56,815 nucleotides of DNA from Priapulus caudatus (taxonomy: Eukaryota), in NCBI RefSeq assembly GCF_000485595.1, contig NW_014577064.1, forward strand, positions 679,690-736,504, written 5' to 3'. The notes under the pieces were generated by a model. That model was given only the letters and a program-made list of their open reading frames with translations, was not told the DNA's origin and did no database searches. Every line of letters starts with the position of its first letter. The first letter of the stretch is position 1. Made by a program: the position numbers and the translations under genes. Of this stretch, positions 11,316-23,400 are shown piece by piece.

Positions 11316-11819
11316 AGTTTTTTCTGTCCTGCATTGAGCGCGAAAACAAACACGGTTAATAATTTAAGCGTGGCACGGCCAGACGGGCCCGTGGGGCGTA
11401 CCACAGACGGGTACTAATTGTAGGCCTACTCCTGTGGCAGTTATGCGGGCTTTTTTATAAAGAGGCGCCTTTATACAAGTCACCGCGGGATAGGCATTCC
11501 TACTCCAAATACCGAACGGTGGTGCTGTCAGTTGCCATCGCGAAAAATGCCCCCACCTGTAGCGCAGCTACCGGATAGAATAAGACAAGTCGCTTTATTA
11601 CATATGAGTGCTTTGCGCTGCTCTCAAAACTGGTCTGGTTATAACGCCATTTCTTTATGTAGTACTACCCGTTATTACTACCTATATAATATCTCCATGG
11701 AACACTTCGGTATGTGGCCGTTATAGCATTAGGCATCCTAACATCGTCTGTTAGGTAACAACTAAGGTACACTGTGGTGACGGCTCCGTATCTTCCTAAA
11801 ATTGAGTTGAGGTGATGGG

Positions 11820-11968
11820 GTGATTGATTGACTAATTGATTGATTGGTTGATTAATTACTTGGTTGATTGATTAATTAATTGATTAGTTGAATGAGTGAG
11901 TGCGTGATTGAGTGAGTGAGTGAGTGAGTGAGTGAGTGAGTGAGTGAGTGAGTGAGTGAGTGAGTGAT
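11820..11968. repeat. (GATT)n/(GAGT)n microsatellite
   Basis: Direct reading. Confidence 0.9.
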
Positions 11969-14900
11969 TCCTATCATTGCGCGTAGACCTGATGTTGAAC
12001 GTAGCCACACAGGTTGGGATGAGACGGCGCACAATGGAGTGTGCGGTCAAGCATACAGTCACACGTGATAGACGCGATTAAGTTTACTACGATCACGAAA
12101 GGGCCTGTTTTGTCGATGCTAGCATGATCAGCGTGCTGTATGTCACGAAGTAGACATCGGATTTTCGCTGGATCTCATCAAGGAACTGCTGGAAGAGCCT
12201 CGCATGGTTGTAGTAGCCATTGTTGAGGAACACCTGGCAGCTGCCGCTACCGGGCGGAGGTTGATGGGAAGGGAGCCTTGTTTGGTCTTGTAAGTGGCGG
12301 TCAAGAGTTGGTTACGCAGAGCTGAAGAGCCTTGCTTGTCGTTGGGATAATAACACTGTCAACGTTGCGGCACGCGTGTCGTTGTGGTGAACCATCAACG
12401 AGGAACTTCCACATTTGAGAGATGGACGAGGTTGGGGCATGGAGGGATGGCGCAGCCAGCCAGTAGACTGGTAATCGAGAAGGTGTAATGGCCACAGAGA
12501 GGATCACTCTGTCGTTGGGTTAGGAGGATCCGGATGTGAACATCATCCTTATGAGGTTAACGAGTCGCTTCCTTGGTCTGGCAGGTAAGGCAGATCGCAC
12601 TCCCTTGATGCAATGGTGTGAAAGGAATGGCCAGAGAACTTACTGAACGTTGGCGGTGTGCCGGCATACTCGCAGCAGAGTTCGGGCATGCTGGAGCCTG
12701 GGCCCAGTATCCTGATGGCAGTTGCTTTTCTACAAGTTTAAGTAAAACATACAATATGAGTACCGACGTTTGTTTTAATATAGAATGTGAAATAGTTACG
12801 TGAGCTTGATATAGGCATTTATTTACAACATTATCTTCAGCTAGGCTAGCGCTATCTAGTGCTCTGTAACCCGCTCTGTCGTGAACTAGACGCTAGATAT
12901 TAATTTTCTATCACGTCTCTCGTGCTATCAATTCGTGCTAATGGTGTGTGGTCATCATATCGCGGTTTCACGTATGGTCACTTTATATATGACGAATCCG
13001 GCGACATCTATCGGATGGACTCATAAGCAGAAGTTTGTTACGTTCTACGACTGCATCGTCTACGATCCTGTATTGTTAGCGCTTTCTTCTTGACTCATTA
13101 GTAGTTCGCACCTCCGTTTCTAGCGTAAAGATTACACTATATTAGAGATACTCACATAATCTCTTACGATTCCTCCACTTATCGCGCTTCTAGAGCTTCC
13201 ACGACTTCTTATACACTTATTATCTAGAGCTCGTTAAGCATGGGTAACTGTACCAGCTCGCAACAAAATAGTTTTAGCAGTGAAGCTGAGTGTGTATCGG
13301 CGGCATAATTATATGACAGTCGCTTAATGCATTGATCTCGATAGCGTAAATGCTCGAGATAGATATCGCCGCTTGGCTCTCATAATCAAATTTTAAATGA
13401 GTATCAAACGCTAATTCGTTATGAGTTTAATAATGAGTATAGTATAAGCACCCTAGATCCGCTAGTACAGGGAAAAAACTAAGTCTCATCCGTAGTCAGA
13501 GATCACGGTGAAAAATATGAACTTTCGAATTTCGAGGGCGTCGCTAGTCGGACTTTGCCAGTGCTGCTCGGGCGGGTACATGCGCGCTCGGCGCGGCGTA
13601 GCTGCGAGTTGAACGTCGATTGGGTCTGCTCAGTTGAATAGTTGGTTGGCGGCAACCCCATTGGGATCGTTCGTGCCTCTCGTCTCGCTAATCTGCTTGC
13701 TTGTGCGTTCAGCTCTTTCGTGTCGCAGGATGTTAAAGCGCAAGAGTGTGTGTGATAGCGATGTTAATTCATATCAGAAACTCTTGGGGAAGAATCCAGT
13801 AGAGTGTGAGACTAATCTTGCGCCGTAGTGTTCGCTTTTGAGATTGACATGCAGTCTAAACTGCTGGAGAAGGCTTGTAGTCTCTACTCTCAGAGCACAT
13901 CCGAGCCGCTATGCATTGCAATACGCTCAGGCTGGGAAATTCGTCAGCTCTGAGTCGGATGAGTGTTTGGTCGGCTGACGTGAGGTCGCTGCTGCTGGCT
14001 GGCTTGGCGCTTAGGCTGGTGCATGGTTGTGGTCGCGTGGGTGCAGGGTGTCTCTGCAGCGTGATGCTAGGCTGCTTCATCCAGCTGCTGAGTGGTGAGG
14101 GTAGCGCTGGAGTCCGCGTTGGCTCGGGTTGATGCTCGCGTTATGCCTCCCGCTGGGCTGTTGCTATCTCCATTGTATTGCTATATATCTTTCTAGAATA
14201 CTGACTTCCGTTGGCTACCTCAATCTCTTCGTGCGCGTCGTACACGGTTTGTTGTTGTTGTTTGTTGTTGTTGGTGGTGGTGTTGTTGTTTGTTGTTGCT
14301 TGCTGCCGGCTGTCTAGGGGTCTAGGAAAGAATTTTATACTGGGCTAGCCCTATAGATGCAAAAACACCGGCACTAGAAACGTCGGCGCATAAAAAATAT
14401 CGTGCGCGATTACGATTGTGGCTAAACATGCGCAACTAGACAGCTCTTAGATCATTTATTATAACCTCTGGGTCCAGATCATCTGGCGTCGCCGACTTAT
14501 ACCACTACTACTGTGATCGGATGTATCTAGGCTGACTGTGGAAGCTGATGGCCTCGCTTAATAACCACTGGGCACGCATAACCGATAGTCACGTACTTAA
14601 CCGGCAAAGTAATGTCGGTGCATCTACGTCTTCCAACTGGACTGTTGACTTACTCACATACTTGGTGTACTACTACTAGGGAAGCTCGCTACGGACACTA
14701 CTCAGTACCATTACTACTACTACTAACCTCGATGACTCGGCAGATAAGTAGATGAGGATACATCACTACTAGTGCAATCGACTATACTAACGCTAGGCGA
14801 AGACTTATATACGTGGTAGAACGTAAGATTCTTTAGTCGCACTCACTACTGACCTTAGTCTCACGGTTGCGGCTTAGTGTAGATGTGCGTGGCATTCGTT

Positions 14901-15580
14901 CGTCACTTGATAGCCGGTAAGAGTCGTGGCGTGATAGTATCATAATGGTATGATAGTATGTACATGTGTGTGTAGCGTGTTGCGTGAGTGTATGTGTGTG
15001 TGGTGTGTGCTGTGTGTGTCGTGTCGCTAGTAGATGTGGTGTTCGTTGTTGTTGCTCATGGTGGGTAGTCGTTGGTGGTGCGCCCGGTGGGTAGTGTGCC
15101 TGGGTCTTTTGATTGTTGTAGCGTGATATTTGCCTAGATGTTAGTTATGTGCAGTCGTAAGTGTTTGTATATGCAGAATGCATTTCAGATATAGACGTAC
15201 CACAGCGCACTATCAATAGTACGTCTATTGAAATAATGAATATGCTCTTCTCTATCGCTCGTTCCGTTAGATCTCAATTTTTAATTTGTATTGTCTCAAT
15301 AATTTTAACAAAGTCATCTAATTGTCAGTGTTTATCGGGAAGAATGAAGTATACCAGACATGGTTATATGCTCAAATTCGCGGTTTAGTATAGGTTAGTA
15401 CGCGGGACGTTATGCACACCACATTACTATTCCGCTATGATGACTCAGGCGATTAGCTCTTATGCTCACACAAACTCTTATAATTGGCGCGTAAGGAGTC
15501 TATAATCAGAACAAAGTGAATGAACTACTCTACCCATAACACGAGAGCGCCACGGAGCTAAGTGATAGGACCGTTCATGT
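11968..15580 (-). pseudogene. Chitin deacetylase-like copy A, heavily indel-damaged (possibly low-quality sequence)
   Basis: Reverse complement matches the intact gene: exon 5 at ~11968-12728 (KQLPSGYWAQA...), traces of exons 3-4 at ~13540-14120, the exon 2 end near 14470, and exon 1 plus TATA at ~15535-15650. Confidence 0.75.
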
Positions 15581-16125
15581 TGCTAGTTGTGAGGCTGCAA
15601 TCAGACTGCTTAGCGCTAATTTTAGCTCACTTTATATAAACCAGCTTTCGTCAGGCAACTCGGGGCGACATATGTTTACCGATTATGTGTCTCGCAAAAC
15701 TGCTTAGACGTTGAGTTATATGATAATGTTTATCGGACAATAGTTCCGTTTATTGGAAAGTAGCTGCCCGCTGCTGACTTGGTGATTAAAATGACTCGAT
15801 CATATGCTAGCTCAAATATCTAAATTAAATCAAATTCATTTCTTGTTAGGTATTAGAATAGATTGCTATCAACACCTTCCATATTGATAAACTCAAGTAC
15901 CCAATACAAAACTGTTACACCTGAGCAATGTGATATGAGTGGTGTGTGTCGCCCATGTTCAATTATCTCGAAATGAAGTTCATAATAAAGGAGTAGGATG
16001 AAGTAATTTTGTCATAATAGGTAAACAGGAACACCGTGCACGCACTAACATAGCAGATTATTTCGCAGATTATTTTTACTGACACGTATGTAGAAACTGC
16101 CGTATTTATATATGACTGCGATGGC

Positions 16126-16226
16126 GACACGCACACACATACACACACACAGACACACACACAACACACACCCACACACACACACACACACACACACAGC
16201 ACACACACCACACACACACCACACAG

Positions 16227-16275
<49 letters not shown>

Positions 16276-16312
16276 ACACACACACACACCAACACACACA
16301 CACACACACACA
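16126..16312. repeat. (CA)n microsatellite
   Basis: Direct reading. Confidence 0.9.
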
Positions 16313-17556
16313 GTTGTTTTGAACTCACATTGGCTGGAAACTTGTTTTACAGGCAGGGCCGCGGGCCGTGACAACCACGCCGCGCCATTCAATGAGCATG
16401 CAACACTCCGCTCTAACACACACACACAGCGAGTATTTGTAAAGATCCAGTGGACTCGAGTCTGCTCATTACTGTCCTACCACAGTCATTACGCCTAATG
16501 CAATCGTTTTTACGACGGGCGACATACATATTCTTGCACTACGTAAATCATCAAGAGTCGGCAGAATAAAAAATAGTCGCATAGTGTCCATTCAATTGAT
16601 GGACTTTTGTTATATCTACGCGGTATAATCTTACTAATATACCCTTGTTGTTAGGCTTAGCTGTTCGAAGGATGGGCTCGATTCCCGTTAATTGAACGAA
16701 TGCGAACCGCAATCATTCTTTTCTTGTCCTATCGATCAGGATATGAGCTAACTTTGGATGTGTTTAATGCTTCTCACTGTATATCATCATAGTTATTTTG
16801 CTTACAACACACACCACACACGTACAACACATCTAAAAGTATTACGACAGGTGTACTCAATCACAGCACACACACATAACAGCACATAGTCAGATCTAGT
16901 TCGAGCGTGAGCACACACTTATTATATTCGTCGATTATAACACCACACATTAGTAACTAATGTCGCTTATCGCCTAGGTCTATCTATTGGAGTTTGTCCA
17001 CTAGCTATCTATGCTATCTATGCTATCTATCTTCTATTTTATCTATCCTAAATGACTGGTTTGTAGAATTTTGGTGATATCTTCATTTTTGAGTGTCGTA
17101 ATTCGAGAATATCCTAGTTAAGATAATATATTATAACATATACCTACTCTTGAATAATCATTATCTAATCTATCTATCTATCGTATCTAATCTATGGCGC
17201 AATATATAGCGACTGAACCTAATCCTATCTATCTTTATCTAGTCTATCTATTTACCTATAAACACTTCAAATTATAATGCACTACATTCGGTATACTCAC
17301 TAATCGTTCTGATAAAATCATATATCATACATTCATATATCACTTAGTATAGATAACATTATTACTCTACCTGTCTATGCTGTCTAGTAAAGGTCTACGT
17401 AGTTTTAGCGCAAGGATTGTTGCCTATAGACTATATTGTCTTTATAATTCTAATAATATTATATACTATATATATATTATATATATATCATATATTACTA
17501 TATGATATATTACATTATTATAGTATTGATATACACTAAATCTTCCATATCAGCCA

Positions 17557-17593
<37 letters not shown>

Positions 17594-17668
17594 TATGTTA
17601 TATAGATAGATAGATAGATAGATAGATAGTAGATAGATTAAATAGAATAGAAGATAGATTAGATAGAT

Positions 17669-18514
17669 NNNNNNNNNNNNNNNNNNNNNNNNNNNNNNNN
17701 NNNNNNNNNNNNNNNNNNNNNNNNNNNNNNNNNNNNNNNNNNNNNNNNNNNNNNNNNNNNNNNNNNNNNNNNNNNNNNNNNNNNNNNNNNNNNNNNNNNN
17801 NNNNNNNNNNNNNNNNNNNNNNNNNNNNNNNNNNNNNNNNNNNNNNNNNNNNNNNNNNNNNNNNNNNNNNNNNNNNNNNNNNNNNNNNNNNNNNNNNNNN
17901 NNNNNNNNNNNNNNNNNNNNNNNNNNNNNNNNNNNNNNNNNNNNNNNNNNNNNNNNNNNNNNNNNNNNNNNNNNNNNNNNNNNNNNNNNNNNNNNNNNNN
18001 NNNNNNNNNNNNNNNNNNNNNNNNNNNNNNNNNNNNNNNNNNNNNNNNNNNNNNNNNNNNNNNNNNNNNNNNNNNNNNNNNNNNNNNNNNNNNNNNNNNN
18101 NNNNNNNNNNNNNNNNNNNNNNNNNNNNNNNNNNNNNNNNNNNNNNNNNNNNNNNNNNNNNNNNNNNNNNNNNNNNNNNNNNNNNNNNNNNNNNNNNNNN
18201 NNNNNNNNNNNNNNNNNNNNNNNNNNNNNNNNNNNNNNNNNNNNNNNNNNNNNNNNNNNNNNNNNNNNNNNNNNNNNNNNNNNNNNNNNNNNNNNNNNNN
18301 NNNNNNNNNNNNNNNNNNNNNNNNNNNNNNNNNNNNNNNNNNNNNNNNNNNNNNNNNNNNNNNNNNNNNNNNNNNNNNNNNNNNNNNNNNNNNNNNNNNN
18401 NNNNNNNNNNNNNNNNNNNNNNNNNNNNNNNNNNNNNNNNNNNNNNNNNNNNNNNNNNNNNNNNNNNNNNNNNNNNNNNNNNNNNNNNNNNNNNNNNNNN
18501 NNNNNNNNNNNNNN
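17669..18514. other. Assembly gap (N run); smaller gaps at 4961-4970 and 49423-49447
   Basis: N characters. Confidence 0.99.
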
Positions 18515-18597
18515 ACCAGGGAGACCGTTTCTTCCAGACCTGTGTTGAGTGCCCAGCGGTATACCCATGGGTGGACAACCCACTAGGAGAGGCATAA
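18515..18597 (+). CDS. Chitin deacetylase-like copy B: last codons only (QGDRFFQTCVECPAVYPWVDNPLGEA*)
   Basis: Same peptide as 25861-25941 with synonymous changes. The downstream ~800 bp is a diverged homologue of the 3' flank of the intact gene. Confidence 0.85.
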
Positions 18598-19397
18598 ACG
18601 AAAGTTGCCCATTGATTTAATCTTTGGTCATATAGATTATATGGACCATATCGTTGTTGACTCGGATTCGTTGAATATATACAGAATGTTTAGTTTCGTT
18701 AGTTCTTTATTATGCTCGTACGTTCTTATATAATTTCCATACGCTTCAAAGTGGCTCTAATAGACATTGAGTTATCATCACTGTTACTATGGAGTTTGCC
18801 CACAATTTACGCAAGAATGCACTGTTATCATTATGCTATAATGATTTCCGCTCATGTTTGTCATAGTGTTCGCATAGCATACGCTAGGATGAGTAGAACT
18901 GATAACTGCGGGATTTGCAGTTAGCTTTATTAACAAATATCACTCCCTTTTTCCACATGCTCTAGTGATTGTCTCCAGCTAATCAAACTGTTATAATTCT
19001 GCTGTAAATACATGAATATTTATACTCTGTCTGCAAGATAAAATGAAATAAAATATATATTTCGCAATGAATAATCCTTTTAAGTAATGTTTATACTCAA
19101 TATTCTAACACACCCAACATTCTTACAGAGGGGTATATAATTGCTAACTGCTTAAAAATGTCGCTTTCACGGTTTACTTGTGGCACATATTTCTTAATAC
19201 ATAGCAGTACCAATATACTGAGAACAAGAATAAGCTAAAAATAACTAAAACATTGCCACTATATGGCCTATACATGATATCGAATTTAGGAAAAAAACAC
19301 ATACTGCGGCAGATATGGTGAGTGGAAAACTTCGAAGTGATGCATAATTATTCAGTAAGGCAAAAATTGTGAGCAGGATGACCACAAGTAGGTTAAT

Positions 19398-19491
19398 GGG
19401 TTAGGGTTAGGGTTAGGATAGAGAGATAGATAGATAGATAGCTAGATAAATAGATTGATAGATAGACAGACAGACAGATAGATAGATAAGC

Positions 19492-19526
<35 letters not shown>

Positions 19527-19555
19527 TTAGTTAGATAGATAGATAGATAGATAGT

Positions 19556-19638
<83 letters not shown>

Positions 19639-19778
19639 TTAGATAGATAGATAGACATATAGATAGATCGATCATATCTCTCCGGATTGTGACTATGTAT
19701 AAGTGAGTGAGTGAGTGAGTGAGTGAGTGAGTGAGTGAGTGAGTGAGTGAGGAGAGTGAGTGAGTGAGAGAGTGAGTG
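19398..19778. repeat. (TTAGGG)3, (GATA)n and (GAGT)n microsatellites
   Basis: Direct reading. Confidence 0.9.
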
Positions 19779-20743
19779 CTTAAAACAGTAAGTAAGTGAA
19801 TAAGTGCACAGGCTCTTCGTTTCTTTGTTCGCCGCGCTAGTAAAATATAGCTAATAGTATATATTATCCTTGCTCCGAAAACCATGTTATCACTGCGGAT
19901 GCTTTATTTATAGTATTATAGATAGAAAAAGGTTTTATTAAAATTACTTTCAAAACGGCGAAATAAATGTCATGGGAACTGACCTATCACTGAACCCTAT
20001 CCCTTCTACGCTGATTGTAGGTGCCCACTAAAGCTATAGTAATGAAAGTGCTATTACTTACCTTGCTATAACGAGTGATATACAATGCACGATTTTGTCC
20101 TTTAAACATACCTCCTCCCAACTATTCGATATGCTAGAGTGGTATATGCACGACTATATGGCTGTCTTACGACAGAGATTTATGGCTAATGCTAAAATAG
20201 AAATTGGTACTCATAGTAGGCACTGTCAGTTATAGGAATGTAACTTACGATAATAAATCGCACTCGTCGTACGCTTGAACGGTAAAACTGCTTGCTTGAT
20301 CGTTATGACCACGCCTGTACGATTGCACCGGCTTACAATTCAGACGTACTCGCGGCACCTCATACTATATAAATTCCACCACCTCATTGTCAAGGTGTTG
20401 ACATTACGTTTTATATCTGCGATCAGCGAAACATCGCATCCCAAGAAGAATTATTACGAGACGGTTTCTTCTAAGCCTCGTTTCTGCGTAAAGATTACAT
20501 TCGAATATATATATCGCTTCTAGGCCACGGAGCGTAACATGCAAACTGTACACGCAATGTTTGCAAGGAACCGTGGCGCTCTTTAATTACTATCATTGAT
20601 TCATGGTCAATCTATACGCCGCTGCTCTCAATAATAATTATGGACACGTCTTCGTTTAGTTCAACGAGAAGGTTAACAGCTGAGCGCGAAAAATAGTCCA
20701 GAGTCAGAGTCAGGTAACAAAAAAGAAATTTCGATTCAAGGCG

Positions 20744-20811
20744 TGCTGCGGCTGCAGTTGCTGCCGCCGCCGCCGCCGCTGCTGCTGCTGCTATACTGCT
20801 GCTACTGCTGC

Positions 20812-20848
<37 letters not shown>

Positions 20849-21092
20849 GCCGCCGCTGCTGCTACTGCTGGCGACGGTGGTGGTGGTGATGGTGCTGCTG
20901 CTGCTGCTGCTGGTGGTGGTGGTGGTGGTGGTGGTGGTGATGGTGCTGCTGCTGCTGCTTCTGCTGCTGGTGGTGGTGGTGGTGGTGGTGATGGTGGTTA
21001 TGCCGCTGCTGTTGCTACTGATGCTTATTCTATTGCTACTTCTACTGCCGTTGTTGTTGTTGTTGTTGTTGTTGGTGGTGGTGTTGTTGTTG
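20744..21092. repeat. Compound trinucleotide repeat (GCT/GCC/GGT/GTT)n
   Basis: Direct reading; it generates spurious homopolymer ORFs. Confidence 0.9.
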
Positions 21093-23340
21093 ATCAAACC
21101 GGTTATATATACGACGACGTGCAAGAAAATCTACTTCTAGTGAACCAGATATCTTGCTCAAAAAATCATAATTGCGCTAAGGGTGCACGAACACCTCGTG
21201 GGCGACATATGTTTACCGATTATGTGTCTTGCAAAACCGCTTAGAGTTATATGTTAATGTTTATCGGACAGTAAAAAGTAGCTGCGCGCTGCTGACTTGG
21301 TTATTAAAATGACTCGGTCACATGATAGCTCATATCCCTAAATTAAATCCAATTTATTTCTTGTTAGTTAAATTTATAAACTCAATTACCCAATACAAAA
21401 CCGTTAAACCTGATCCATGTGATATGAGTGGTGTGTGTTTTGCCCATGTTCAATTATCTCGAAATGAAGCTCGTAATCAAGGAGTAATTTAATCATAAAT
21501 TACATCATATAATTATATATATCATTAATATTATATGATAAAGTAATTTTCTCATAATAGGTAAACAGGAGCACAGTGCACGCACTAAAATAGCAGATTA
21601 GTTAGAAGATTATTTATCCTAACACGTACCACTTATGTATATGTAGATAACGCCGTGTTAATATATGACTGCGATCGTGAAGGGCTAACTATCGATATCC
21701 CGTAAAAACTCCCACGTGCGCACGCCATGCCCCCCTCCCCCCACACACAAGATTTTCCCACGTACGTTCCCGAGATCCGTACTTCCCGGGTTCCGTAGCA
21801 ATCGATAATGAGGATCGACGAAAATTTTCATTGTTGCTAATTTTGTTAATTTGTCTTAACTTCAACCGCCTTGTCTGACTTTAAAAGAAACTGCTCAGTG
21901 GCGATCCCCTTCAATTGGCGCCCAGGGCACGTGCCATACCGGCCATACCTTTGTTACGCCACTGACCATGTGGTTCCTAACTGGGCCAATTATGTAATAG
22001 TTATTTGAGATTTATTTGATGTTTAATCCATATATAATTGTTTAATACTGCAAATAACATCTTAAATAGATCGATTATTTAATAGTTATTTTTAAATGTT
22101 ACTTGTTCGCTTCTCTAATTAGCGGGCTTGCACGTAACCCGGTTGTATTGAAGAATAGAAGATACAGGGCAGAAGTATGTGATCCATACACGAACTATGA
22201 ACTCATGTAATAGCTGCATCATAAGCAAACAAAAAACGATGGTAACGGGCCGGAAGAAGTCTGGGCTACTACCCGAGAGGGAATACATATTCCCTATTAT
22301 CTACTCCTGATATTTGACAGATTATTAATAATATGAATTATGCAAAAAATCAGGCAAAAATCATTCCGATTCAAATAATAAAACTAGCTTAGTTATAAGT
22401 TAAATTTTATCTACACGATGTATAGGAGCCCTACATATCTGCTACGCAGCTGCAATAATATACCCGCAACTACCGTAAAGATAAAATCCGCCTCCTGATT
22501 TGCAACACGTTCCCTAGCGGGGATTGTATAACATTAGGGTAGTATCGGAAAATATACAGTAAGGGGATCAGAGAACATACAGTTACCTAAGTGAGGGTAT
22601 GACATTGTGCCAAACCATAACTTTCATGGCGAGCTGCTCAGTCATTAAGCGGGCATCAAATAATGTTACCATTCGCATTATGTCGGAGGGTGTTCTCCTC
22701 GATTTGCTTGTATCCGTTCAATTACCGTTTCTCTTCCAGATGCGTCCAAAGTCTGTACCCGTTTAGCGTAAAATAGCCACGAAGCCGCATTCCTAGTTGT
22801 CCCTAGGGCGAGGAAACATTTTGATGCGAGCAATTCTTTGAGAAATCGTCATTATCAGCATATATTATGCATTACTTACATTATAAATAAAATTGTAAAC
22901 ACATTTTTGAACTAAGACACCATGAATATAATTTATGAGAGCACAAGCATTATGATATATTTATGAGAGCACAATCAAGCAATTTCTGAGTAAGCCAGCT
23001 GAGCATGATAAGGCAATGTCGCGATTCCTATACCTGCTCATCCCACAGAAATTCAATCAGATTCGGATACACTAACCTAAGGTAGAATTTGTAAAGCGTA
23101 AATATCGTGTCCAAATATGTGTACCAGAAGCATATCTGCGCATCGTAAAAACAGTTACATTCGTTAATGCATGTATAGACAGCAAAGTGACGTTGCATGA
23201 AGCATTTACGATCGTTCACAGGAGGGTAAAGTAGTGTTTCACGCTCATCGTCTGATCGCCGGTACGGCGATACGTACTGCCACGGCCCGCGGCTTGTAAA
23301 ACAAGTTTTAGCAATGTAGTTCAACTGTGACCGAAAGTTG

Positions 23341-23348
23341 TATATAAA
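23341..23348 (+). promoter_or_regulatory. TATA box of the chitin deacetylase-like gene
   Basis: TATATAAAG 60 nt upstream of the ATG; conserved at the same spacing in the paralogue (53652) and present in copy A (~15630, minus strand). Confidence 0.75.
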
Positions 23349-23400
23349 GTGAGCGAAATTAGATGCAAAACTGTCTGATTGCAGCCTCACAAGTAGCAAC

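Noticed and set aside
17558..18595. 345-aa and 326-aa ORFs
   Set aside because: They run through the N gap.
19398..19417. Telomere
   Set aside because: Only about three TTAGGG units, internal, next to a GATA microsatellite.
20612..21140. Poly-Asn/Thr/Ser/Gly/Ala and poly-Leu/Val ORFs
   Set aside because: Compound trinucleotide repeat with no domain or supporting splice structure.
21896..21964. Small CAGTGGCG...CGCCACTG inverted-repeat element
   Set aside because: Short TIR and no TSD; too weak to call with boundaries.
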